From the NCBI GenBank assembly GCA_963646925.1, contig CAVIYT010000149.1, positions 1-43,788 on the forward strand: a stretch of 43,788 nucleotides of DNA, in the 5' to 3' direction. The first letter of the stretch is position 1, and the number at the start of each line of letters is the position of its first letter. Below the pieces are notes generated by a model. It was not told where the DNA came from, searched no databases, and saw only the letters and a program-made list of their open reading frames with translations. A program made the position numbers and the translations under genes. This DNA is from Paludibacteraceae bacterium (GTDB lineage: Bacteria > Bacillota > Clostridia > Lachnospirales > Lachnospiraceae). This document shows positions 8,864-17,579 of the stretch, piece by piece.

Positions 8864-9610
8864 ATGTTAAAACTGGAAAACATAACAAAGTCATATGATG
8901 GCGTGACTATCTTAAACAACATCAATTTAAATATAGAAGATGGCGAGATCGTCTCGATCTTAGGACCATCCGGGTGCGGAAAAACAACTCTTCTTAATTT
9001 AATTCTCGGCATGACGGAGGCAGATTCCGGAACGATTACCTTTAATGAGGAAGATATCACGAGAATGCCGATGGAAAAAAGAGGATTCAACATTGTATTC
9101 CAGGATTACGCGTTATTTCCAAATATGAATGTGATCCAGAATATCCGTTACGGACTGAAAAATAAGCCGAATATCTCTACAGAAAAAGAAGTGGAGGACC
9201 TGATCGACTTATTGGGACTCCGTCCTCATTTAAATAAGAGGATCGATCAGTTATCCGGCGGACAGAAACAAAGGGTGGCTCTGGCAAGAACACTTGTCAT
9301 GAAGCCGAAAATTCTTCTCTTAGATGAGCCGTTAAGTGCCCTGGATGGCGTCATCAAGGAATCAATCAAAGAAAAAATCAAGATGATCGCGAAAGAATTC
9401 CATCTGACAACGATCATTGTCACACATGATCCGGAAGAGGCACTTACCTTATCGGACCATGTGATGATCATCAACGAGGGAAAGATCTCCCAGTACGGAA
9501 AACCGGAGGAGATCGTAAAGACCCCGAAGAACGATTTTGTAGAAAAGTTTATCTTACAGCAGCTTATGATCAAGAGAAACAACATTTATTCTCTGTTTTC
9601 AGTAGCTTGA
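8864..9610 (+). CDS. ABC transporter ATP-binding subunit, probable 2-aminoethylphosphonate uptake
   Basis: GPSGCGKT, FQDYALFP, LSGGQKQR, LLLDEP, VTHD; operon with phnW/phnX. Confidence 0.9.
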   Translation: MLKLENITKSYDGVTILNNINLNIEDGEIVSILGPSGCGKTTLLNLILGMTEADSGTITFNEEDITRMPMEKRGFNIVFQDYALFPNMNVIQNIRYGLKNKPNISTEKEVEDLIDLLGLRPHLNKRIDQLSGGQKQRVALARTLVMKPKILLLDEPLSALDGVIKESIKEKIKMIAKEFHLTTIIVTHDPEEALTLSDHVMIINEGKISQYGKPEEIVKTPKNDFVEKFILQQLMIKRNNIYSLFSVA

Positions 9611-9620
9611 GGAGAACGCA

Positions 9621-11243
9621 GTGAAAACTAAGAATAAAGAAATCATCGTAATATTTATCGTAATCGTTTCGGTATTTGCTTTTTTTCTTATCTATCCGGT
9701 TGCGAGGCTGCTCATAAAGTCACTTGCGGGTGCTGACGGAATTACACTTCGCTTTTACCAGGAAGTGCTGACCGAAAAGGGCTTTATGCAGGCGCTCAGA
9801 AACAGCTTTGTGATTGCGGGAACGAGCGCTCTTCTGACAACAGCAGTCGCGTTTCTTCTGGCGTATGCGGTCCACTACACCAATATACCGAAGTGGAATA
9901 AGAAACTTATCCGCGGCGTGGCCATGCTTCCGATGCTTCTGCCGACGCTGACCTACGGATTTGCGCTGATCTACTCCTTCGGTAAACAGGGACTTCTGAC
10001 AAGACTGTTTGGCTGCCAGCTTTTTGAAATCTATGGATTTCACGGCCTTCTGATTGGCTACATGATCTATACACTGCCGATCGCCTTTATGCTGATCCTG
10101 AACACGATGGGGTACATTGACAAGAAATACACGGTAGTGTCCCGACTGATGGGGGACAGCATGTGGAGAAACTTCTGGGTTACAGTACTGCAGCCGCTTT
10201 TAGGAACACTGGCAGCGGCGTTTATCCAGTCATTTTTCCTCTGCTTTACGGATTTCGGTATTCCGGCATCTGTGGGCGGAAAATATGAGGTAATCGCGAG
10301 TGTCCTGTACAAGCAGATGCTTGGAAGTGTACCGGATTTCAACAAGGGAAGCGTAGTCGCGATGGTGATGCTGATTCCTTCCGTTATCAGTATCGTGCTC
10401 TTAAACTTCCTGGAGAGATACAACATCCGGTATAACAAGATCTCTACACTGGAATTAAAGAAAAACAGAGTGCGGGATATCGGATTCAGTATGATAACGC
10501 TGGCGGTCTGCGTGATGGTATTATCGGTCTTTGCGGTCATCTTCCTGATCCCGTTTGTATCAGACTGGCCTTACCGACTGTTCTTCTCCCTGGATCATGT
10601 GAAAGCGGTGTTTACGGACAGCGGACTGGCAGCAGTCGTGAAAAACTCCCTGTTTGTCTCGATTTTCACCGCAATTGCAGGTACATTGACGGCGTACGGA
10701 GCCGCGATCGTCACGGCGAGAAGTACGGTCAGCGTGAAATGTAAACGTGTGATCGAGAGCATCGCGCTCACCACAAACTCGATTCCCGGAATGGTTCTTG
10801 GTCTTGCGTTCCTGTTTACGTTTTCGGGAACAAGTTTACAGAGTACTTTCTGGATCCTGATCATCTGCAATGTGATCCACTTCTTCTCAACGCCGTATCT
10901 GATGATGAAAAGTTCACTGGAAAAGATGAACGCGTCATGGGAGACCACGGCAATGCTGATGGGAGATCACTGGTTCCAGACGATCGTCCGGGTCGTGACA
11001 CCGAACGCGTTCACAACGATCATCGAGGTAGTCAGCTACTATTTCATCAACGCCATGGTCACAGTCAGCGCTGTCATCTTTATCGCGGGTGCCAGAACGA
11101 TGGTCATTACGACAAAAATGAAGGAATTACAGTATTACAACAAATTTAATGAAGTATTTGTGCTGTCCCTGCTTATGCTGCTGATCAACTGTGCGGCAAA
11201 GATCTTATTCGGACATCTGTCAAATAGAAAAAATGATAAATGA
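9621..11243 (+). CDS. ABC transporter permease (double domain), probable 2-aminoethylphosphonate uptake
   Basis: 540-aa polytopic membrane protein with two permease halves (FTDFGIP; WETTAMLMG loop); between the ATPase and binding protein. Confidence 0.88.
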   Translation: MKTKNKEIIVIFIVIVSVFAFFLIYPVARLLIKSLAGADGITLRFYQEVLTEKGFMQALRNSFVIAGTSALLTTAVAFLLAYAVHYTNIPKWNKKLIRGVAMLPMLLPTLTYGFALIYSFGKQGLLTRLFGCQLFEIYGFHGLLIGYMIYTLPIAFMLILNTMGYIDKKYTVVSRLMGDSMWRNFWVTVLQPLLGTLAAAFIQSFFLCFTDFGIPASVGGKYEVIASVLYKQMLGSVPDFNKGSVVAMVMLIPSVISIVLLNFLERYNIRYNKISTLELKKNRVRDIGFSMITLAVCVMVLSVFAVIFLIPFVSDWPYRLFFSLDHVKAVFTDSGLAAVVKNSLFVSIFTAIAGTLTAYGAAIVTARSTVSVKCKRVIESIALTTNSIPGMVLGLAFLFTFSGTSLQSTFWILIICNVIHFFSTPYLMMKSSLEKMNASWETTAMLMGDHWFQTIVRVVTPNAFTTIIEVVSYYFINAMVTVSAVIFIAGARTMVITTKMKELQYYNKFNEVFVLSLLMLLINCAAKILFGHLSNRKNDK

Positions 11244-11265
11244 GAAATCAAAGGAGAAAAAGAAA

Positions 11266-12270
11266 ATGAAAAAGTGTGCAATGAAACGTATGGTATGTGT
11301 CGGAATGACAGGAGTTTTAGGATTATCCACTGTTATGCTTGGCGGCTGCGCAAAGAAAAGCGCGGATGCCCAGGTCGTTATCTACTCAAACGCGGACGAT
11401 GAGGCGGTTGACGCGATGAAGGCGGCGTTGGACCAGAATGGATTTGAAGGACAGTACATTTTCCAGACATTCGGAACCTCTGAGCTCGGCGGAAAACTTC
11501 TCGCAGAAGGAAAAAATATTGAAGCGGACCTTGTGACCATGAGTACCTTCTATGTGGAGAGCGCCCAGGATCAGAACCAGATGTTCAAGGATCTCACTTT
11601 TGATCCGGGTACCATCGAGGAATACCCGTCCTACTGCACACCGATCACAGCGCAGGAAGGCACGATCATCGTAAATACAGAGCTTATGAGCCAGGACAAC
11701 CTTGAGATGCCGGCATCTCTTAAGGATCTTGCGAAACCGGAGTACGCGGGAAAGATCGCGGTAACAGATATTGCGTCTTCCTCCACCGCATGGCTTCTGA
11801 TCCAGGGACTTGTTTCCGAGTACGGTGAGGACGGTGCGAAGGAAGTGCTTACCGACATTTATAAGAATGCTGGAGACCATATCGAGGAGTCCGGTTCCGG
11901 TCCGCTGAAACTCGTCCGTGCAGGTGAGGTTGCCATCGGTTTCGGACTTCGTCAGCAGGCAGTTGCGGATAAGGCTGCAGGTCTTCCGATCGACTATGTA
12001 GATCCGGCAGAGGGAAACTTCACACTGACAGAGTCTGTAGCAGTTGTCGATAAGGGCGATAAGACAAATGCCAAGGCGATGGATATGGCAGAGTGCATCA
12101 TCAAAAAGGGCCGCGCACAGCTTCTTGAGAACTATCCGATCCCGTTATATGACGGTGAGACTGTAGATGCGTCTGAAAAATCCGGAAACCCGAAAAACTT
12201 TGCGGAGAAGCTTACATTTGATCTGTTAAAACAGCACCAGGCACTCTCTGAGGAATGCAAACCGCAGTAA
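11266..12270 (+). CDS. ABC substrate-binding lipoprotein, probable 2-aminoethylphosphonate binding
   Basis: Lipobox VMLGG-C; AAGGAG upstream of ATG 11266; fold features SLKDLAKPEYAGKI, SSSTA, SGSGP; directly upstream of phnW. Confidence 0.85.
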   Translation: MKKCAMKRMVCVGMTGVLGLSTVMLGGCAKKSADAQVVIYSNADDEAVDAMKAALDQNGFEGQYIFQTFGTSELGGKLLAEGKNIEADLVTMSTFYVESAQDQNQMFKDLTFDPGTIEEYPSYCTPITAQEGTIIVNTELMSQDNLEMPASLKDLAKPEYAGKIAVTDIASSSTAWLLIQGLVSEYGEDGAKEVLTDIYKNAGDHIEESGSGPLKLVRAGEVAIGFGLRQQAVADKAAGLPIDYVDPAEGNFTLTESVAVVDKGDKTNAKAMDMAECIIKKGRAQLLENYPIPLYDGETVDASEKSGNPKNFAEKLTFDLLKQHQALSEECKPQ

Positions 12271-12329
12271 GGATACGGACATGCTGCTGGAGGGCGGCAC
12301 TGTTATAACGGGAAAAAGAAAGGGAAACC

Positions 12330-13439
12330 ATGAAATATTATAAATTATTAACACCGGGACCGTTGACGACAACAGAGACAGTAAAAAGGGAAATGATGTT
12401 TGACCATTGTACATGGGATGATGATTACAAGGCAATCACACAGGAGATCCGCGCGAAGCTTTTAAAGCTGGCTCATGTGTCTGAGAACAAATATACCGCG
12501 ATCTTAATGCAGGGAAGCGGAACCTTCGGCGTGGAGTCTGTTCTGACAAGCGTCATCGGGGCAGATGAGAAGCTTTTGATCTGTGCCAACGGTGCCTACG
12601 GTGAGCGAATGGGAGATATCGCGAAACATGCCGGAATCCAGCATGTGATCTATCACCAGGACTATGACAAGGTGCCGGACGCAGAGGTTGTGGAGAAAAT
12701 GCTGAATGAGGATCCGGAAATCACCCATGTATCCATGGTACACAGCGAGACTACTTCCGGAATCCTAAATGATATCGAGTCCGTAACCCGGATGGTCAAG
12801 GCACACGGCCGCACTATGATCGTGGATGCCATGAGCAGCTTTGGCGGAGTGGATATTCCGGTGGAGAGCTGGGGCATTGACTTCATCATCAGCAGCGCGA
12901 ACAAGTGCATCCAGGGCGTTCCGGGATTTTCCTTCATTATCGCAAATAAGGAAAAACTGATGGAATCCAAGGGCAAGGCGAGAAGTCTTTCTCTCGACCT
13001 CTATGACCAGTGGGAGACCATGAACAAGGACGGAAAATGGCGCTTTACATCTCCGACTCATGTAGTTCTCGCCTTCGCGCAGGCGCTACGTGAGATGGAG
13101 AAAGAAGGCGGAATCGAGGCGAGAAATAAGCGTTATGCGGACAATAACAGACTTTTGATCGCGGAGATGGGAAAACTTGGAATCCATCCGTACATTGACA
13201 GCGAACATCAGGGACCGATCATCACCACATTCTTCTATCCGGAGAATCATAAGTTTTCCTTCACGGATATGTATAACCATATTAAAGAGAGAGGCTACGC
13301 GATCTATCCGGGCAAGGTAACAGAGGCGGAGACATTCCGGATCGGCAATATCGGAGAGATCTACGAGGAAGATATCAAGAAGCTGATCGCGATCCTGAAG
13401 GAATTTTTAGAGAAGTACAATTGTGTGGAGGTTGCGTAA
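12330..13439 (+). CDS. phnW: 2-aminoethylphosphonate--pyruvate transaminase
   Basis: LLTPGPLTT, QGSGTF, NGAYGERM, HSETTSG, DAMSSFG, SSANKCIQGVPG, WRFTSPTH, IYPGK, FRIGNIG. Confidence 0.95.
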   Translation: MKYYKLLTPGPLTTTETVKREMMFDHCTWDDDYKAITQEIRAKLLKLAHVSENKYTAILMQGSGTFGVESVLTSVIGADEKLLICANGAYGERMGDIAKHAGIQHVIYHQDYDKVPDAEVVEKMLNEDPEITHVSMVHSETTSGILNDIESVTRMVKAHGRTMIVDAMSSFGGVDIPVESWGIDFIISSANKCIQGVPGFSFIIANKEKLMESKGKARSLSLDLYDQWETMNKDGKWRFTSPTHVVLAFAQALREMEKEGGIEARNKRYADNNRLLIAEMGKLGIHPYIDSEHQGPIITTFFYPENHKFSFTDMYNHIKERGYAIYPGKVTEAETFRIGNIGEIYEEDIKKLIAILKEFLEKYNCVEVA

Positions 13440-13441
13440 CG

Positions 13442-14212
13442 ATGGAAAATCGATTTGACGCTGTCATTTTTGACTGGGCAGGAACAACGGTAGACTATGG
13501 ATGTTTTGCCCCGGTGCAGGCTTTCGTGGAGATATTTAAGCATTTTGGAATCGAGCCGACGATGGAAGAGGTCCGGAAGCCCATGGGAATGCTGAAACGC
13601 GATCATATCCAGACGATGCTTTCCATGGAGCGCATCGCAGGGCTCTGGAGAGAAAAGTATCAGAGAGACTGGAACCAGGACGATGTGGACGATTTATATG
13701 GCCTGTTTGAGGAAAAACTTCTGTCGATCTTAGACCAGTTCGCGGATGTGAAGCCTTATGTGCTGGAGACCATGAAGGAGCTGAAGCGACGTGGGATCCA
13801 TGTGGGGTCTACCACCGGCTACACAGACAAGATGATGGCGATCGTGGTACCGAAGGCAAAGGAAAACGGATATGAGCCGGACGCATGGTTTTCTCCGGAT
13901 TCTGTTGAACATATGGGACGTCCGTATCCGTACATGATCTACCGGAACATGGAAAAATTCCGCGTTATATCCGCAGACCGTGTGCTGAAAGTCGGAGATA
14001 CGATCTCAGATATCAGGGAAGGAAAGAATGCCGGTGTATACACAGTCGGCGTCGTTGAGGGAAGTTCTGAGATGGCATTGACAAAAGCGGAGTATGAGGC
14101 ACTGAGCGAAAATGAGCGTGCGGCGCGGGTGGAGGAAGTGAAAAAGAAATTCCTCGCGGCCGGGGCAGACGCAGTAATCTTAAATATGCAGGAACTGACC
14201 GGACTGCTGTAA
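13442..14212 (+). CDS. phnX: Phosphonoacetaldehyde hydrolase (phosphonatase)
   Basis: HAD motif FDWAGTTVDYG, Schiff-base lysine region PMGMLKRDHI, STTGY, GRPYPYM, KVGDT. Confidence 0.95.
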   Translation: MENRFDAVIFDWAGTTVDYGCFAPVQAFVEIFKHFGIEPTMEEVRKPMGMLKRDHIQTMLSMERIAGLWREKYQRDWNQDDVDDLYGLFEEKLLSILDQFADVKPYVLETMKELKRRGIHVGSTTGYTDKMMAIVVPKAKENGYEPDAWFSPDSVEHMGRPYPYMIYRNMEKFRVISADRVLKVGDTISDIREGKNAGVYTVGVVEGSSEMALTKAEYEALSENERAARVEEVKKKFLAAGADAVILNMQELTGLL

Positions 14213-14214
14213 GT

Positions 14215-14258
14215 GAAAAAGAGAGATACCGTCATGACCGATGGTATCTCTCTTTTTC
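14215..14258. terminator. Bidirectional intrinsic terminator
   Basis: GAAAAAGAGAGATACCGTC-ATGACC-GATGGTATCTCTCTTTTTC between convergent phnX and ECF genes. Confidence 0.9.
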
Positions 14259-14274
14259 AGCAGGTTATAATGTT

Positions 14275-14802
14275 TTACGCAAATTTTGCCTTTAAGGATT
14301 TGATCGCCGGGGACTGTACGAGGATCGTGTAGGCTACGCCGCCGAGAACGATTCCTGCGAGAGTCTGCATGGACAGGGTGAACATTTCGCCGAAGGCAAC
14401 GACTGTGCCGTAGAGCGGGATCTTTACTAAGGTGTAGCCGACGATGTGGGCGATGCCGCCTACGATGGCGCCGACAAGCCAGGAATATTTAAAGTTCGGC
14501 AGAAGCTTGTAGGCGATAGTTCCGGCGATAAACGCCCAGAGTCCCTTTAATACCATAGTCGGGAGTACCCATACCGCGTAGCCGCCGAGAAAATCGGAGA
14601 GGCCTGCGCCGATGGCACCGGCGAGTACGCCGCGTCTTGTGCCGAATAAGCAGACGGTCAGGATGATCATGCAGTCGCCGAGGTGGGTGTAGCCGAAGGC
14701 GGAAGGAATTTTAAAGAAATATGTTCCGACGAAGACCAGGGCGCTCATTAAGCCGATGATGGAGACGTCGAGGGTGGTGTCCTGGGATGAGTGATTTTTC
14801 AT
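14275..14802 (-). CDS. ECF transporter S component (HmpT/PdxU-like)
   Basis: 175-aa hydrophobic protein; GYTHLGD, GAIGAGLSDFLGGY, W..PT..LKG pattern typical of ECF S components; AGGAGG RBS. Confidence 0.85.
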   Translation of the reverse strand: MKNHSSQDTTLDVSIIGLMSALVFVGTYFFKIPSAFGYTHLGDCMIILTVCLFGTRRGVLAGAIGAGLSDFLGGYAVWVLPTMVLKGLWAFIAGTIAYKLLPNFKYSWLVGAIVGGIAHIVGYTLVKIPLYGTVVAFGEMFTLSMQTLAGIVLGGVAYTILVQSPAIKSLKAKFA

Positions 14803-14977
14803 AGGGGTGTCCTCCTTGAATACAATAATTTCAAATTTTTAATAAATTTAAATAATTCAAACACATACAACAAAATTCTGCGATATGCAGATGAAAACTT
14901 TTGGCAGGGGTTGAATGAAAATTCGCATGGACAAAATCAGAGTAATATGAACTCTTTTTCTGCAGTGAATAAAAATT

Positions 14978-15736
14978 CTATTTCAGTCCCATGAATTTTG
15001 CTGCGTTGTTGTAGAAGATATTCTCAAGTCCTTCATCGTCCACGCCGCAGGCCATGATCTTCTGGATCTCGACGGTCGGCGCATGGAACGGGGAGTCGAT
15101 GCCGAACATAACTTTCTCGTGACCGACGGTATTGTAGGCGTTGCCGATCTGGACGCTCATGGAGGTTCCAGAGGTCTCGAGCCAGATATTGTCGTATTTT
15201 CTTGCCATGGTGATCGCCGCGTCAACGTAGACGCCGTGGGCATGTCCCATGTGGATCATGACGATCGGGAGATGCGGATGGCGCTCAGCGAGAAGACCGA
15301 TCTGCCACGGGAGAGAGAACGGTGGATGACCGGAATGGATGAATAACGGTTTTCCGTACTTCTCACAGATCTCAGCTACCGGATCCACGCACGGATCATC
15401 GGCGCAATAGCCATCAAAGAGAGACTGAAGCTTCGCACCGGCGAAATGTTCGTCGCGGATGTAGTGCTCTAAGGCATCGTAAGCCGGTTTGCCCTCGGCG
15501 CAGTTGATCCACATTAACGGGATGATCTTATCAGGGTGGGCCTTGAAGGCGGCAACCGTCTCCTCATTTGTGTGCGGACCGTCGGAACAGAGGATCGTCT
15601 TTTCAATATTGAACTCTTCCATCTGTTTTAAGAGGAGGTCAGCGTTGAAGTGGATATTGAACGGGCTGCCGAATGTGCCGATGTGGCTGTGGGCATCGAT
15701 CTTTTTAAATTTGCTGAAATCGCTTATAATACTCAT
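14978..15736 (-). CDS. Metal-dependent amidohydrolase superfamily protein (Amidohydro_2-like)
   Basis: IDAHSH (HxH), IHSG, HMG, FGIDSPF metal-ligand motifs; AAAGGAG before ATG at 15736. Confidence 0.85.
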   Translation of the reverse strand: MSIISDFSKFKKIDAHSHIGTFGSPFNIHFNADLLLKQMEEFNIEKTILCSDGPHTNEETVAAFKAHPDKIIPLMWINCAEGKPAYDALEHYIRDEHFAGAKLQSLFDGYCADDPCVDPVAEICEKYGKPLFIHSGHPPFSLPWQIGLLAERHPHLPIVMIHMGHAHGVYVDAAITMARKYDNIWLETSGTSMSVQIGNAYNTVGHEKVMFGIDSPFHAPTVEIQKIMACGVDDEGLENIFYNNAAKFMGLK

Positions 15737-15920
15737 AATATCGCTCCTTTTAATAAGGTATTGTCGGTAAACTTTCGCATGCGGTAAATATGTGACTATC
15801 ATATCGGACATATGGCATTGTTGGAATATCCAATTTTGAATAATTTGACCAGTCCAGCAGAAACGAAAAACAGATAATAAACAGAGACATATAAAAATGT
15901 GAAAAAATTTATCATACTAC

Positions 15921-15952
15921 CACTTTACAAAATCATCATAATAAAGTATAGT
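15921..15952 (+). promoter_or_regulatory. his operon promoter overlapped by a HisR-like inverted repeat
   Basis: TTTACA (15924-15929)-17 bp-TATAGT (15947-15952); inverted repeat CACTTTA-N14-TAAAGTA (15921-15948). Confidence 0.55.
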
Positions 15953-15995
15953 AAAAAACAAAATACACCGTAAAAACGCCGGAGGTGAAACGAGA

Positions 15996-17579
15996 ATGGA
16001 ACTGGATCTGAGTTGCTTTCGTTCTGCGGAACGCGCGCAGCTGGAGCTTCGCGCATTATATGAAAAAGCAGGATATCACAAATACCACATGAGCCGTTTT
16101 GAGGAATACAGCCTGTATCAGGAGAACAGGAGATTCCTGAGCAGTGACCAGGTGATCACATTTACGGATCTGGATGGCCGTCTTCTGGCACTGAAGCCGG
16201 ATGTGACGCTCGGAATCGCAAAAAATGCGCAGCCATCCCCTGGAGAATGCAAAAAATATTATTATGTGGAAAAAGTTTACCGTCCGAGTCTGGAAAGCCA
16301 TACGTTTGAGGAGATCAACCAGATGGGGCTGGAATGCATTGGGGCCGTCGATGATAATGTGGTCAGGCAGGTCATGAGTCTTGCCGTGCAGAGTCTTTCG
16401 GTGGCAGAAGTCCCGTATGTGCTGGAGATCAGTCACATGGGTTTTATTAAGGGACTTCTGGATGCCATCGGCGCGCCGGAGATGAGCCGCCCGGTGCTGT
16501 TAAAGTATCTGCAGAGCAAGAATGCCCATGATCTGCGTTCAACCGCCATGAAAGCGGGAATCAGCGCATGGGGGGCCGATGCGCTCTGCGGTCTTTTGGA
16601 ATTAAACGGACCTTTTGCAGAGACGATTCAGAAGGCGCGGGAAATGGTAAAAAGTGAAGCCATGAGCGCGGCGCTTGATGAGCTTACGGTCCTGTGTGAA
16701 GTCCTTGAAAATGAGACACAGGGAGTTCAGCTGGACCTCAGTCTGGCAGGAGAGATGGAATATTACAACGGTCTCGTGTTTAACGGCTATCTGCAGGGAC
16801 TGCCCCGTGCTGTGGTGCGGGGAGGCCGGTATGACCTTCTGGCACAGAGATTCACATCGGGGGCAGGAGCAATCGGTTTTGCGGTATATCTGGATGAACT
16901 TGAGCGGCTTCAGACCGTATCGGCGCCGCTGCAGAAAGACAGCGAGGAGCGCACGATGTTAAATGTGGCACTTCCGAAGGGGCGTCTTGGCGATAAGGTA
17001 TATCAGATGCTTGAGAGCGTGGGCTACGGATGCCCGGAAAATTACAACGAGACACGGAAGCTTGTTGTGGAGAACCCGAAGGCGGGGGTCCGGTATTTCC
17101 TGGTGAAACCGAGTGATGTGGCGATCTATGTGGAACATGGCGCGGCCGATATCGGTATTGTCGGAAAGGATATTCTGGTGGAAAGCGGCGCGGATGTGTA
17201 TGAGCTTTTGGACACCGGGCTTGGAAAATGCCGGATGTGCGTGGCGGGACCAAAGGATTTTGCGGACGACGAGAGCCGGAGCCTGCGGGTGGCGACAAAA
17301 TTTGTAGATATCGCAAAGCGGCATTACTCCGAACGCGGGCGGGATATCAATATTATCAAGCTCAACGGTTCCATCGAACTGGCGCCCATCCTGGGACTGG
17401 CGGATGTGATCGTTGATATCGTTGAGACGGGAACGACACTCCGAGAAAATAATTTAGCTGTCCTGGAAGAATTTATGCCGATCAGCGCCCGTTTTATCGC
17501 GAATAAAGCCAGCAGTAAATTTAAGGAAAAAGAGCTGCAGACGCTGCTAAAAAAACTGAGAGAGGTGATTGCGAGATGA
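15996..17579 (+). CDS. hisZ/hisG: Fused ATP phosphoribosyltransferase regulatory subunit HisZ and short-form HisG
   Basis: N-terminal ~320 aa HisRS-paralog motifs (LALKPDVT, QMGLE, YYNGLVF, GGRYD); from M321 HisG motifs (VALPKGRL, ADIGIVGKD, VATKF, GSIELAP, IVDIVETGTTLREN); no stop between the two parts. Confidence 0.92.
   Translation: MELDLSCFRSAERAQLELRALYEKAGYHKYHMSRFEEYSLYQENRRFLSSDQVITFTDLDGRLLALKPDVTLGIAKNAQPSPGECKKYYYVEKVYRPSLESHTFEEINQMGLECIGAVDDNVVRQVMSLAVQSLSVAEVPYVLEISHMGFIKGLLDAIGAPEMSRPVLLKYLQSKNAHDLRSTAMKAGISAWGADALCGLLELNGPFAETIQKAREMVKSEAMSAALDELTVLCEVLENETQGVQLDLSLAGEMEYYNGLVFNGYLQGLPRAVVRGGRYDLLAQRFTSGAGAIGFAVYLDELERLQTVSAPLQKDSEERTMLNVALPKGRLGDKVYQMLESVGYGCPENYNETRKLVVENPKAGVRYFLVKPSDVAIYVEHGAADIGIVGKDILVESGADVYELLDTGLGKCRMCVAGPKDFADDESRSLRVATKFVDIAKRHYSERGRDINIIKLNGSIELAPILGLADVIVDIVETGTTLRENNLAVLEEFMPISARFIANKASSKFKEKELQTLLKKLREVIAR

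Noticed and set aside
14791..14994. 67-aa + strand Asn-rich ORF between the ECF and amidohydrolase genes
   Set aside because: AT-rich spacer read-through overlapping both genes on the opposite strand; no RBS
15860..15995. T-box or His leader-peptide attenuator for the his operon
   Set aside because: No TGGNACC T-box sequence, no terminator and no His-codon run
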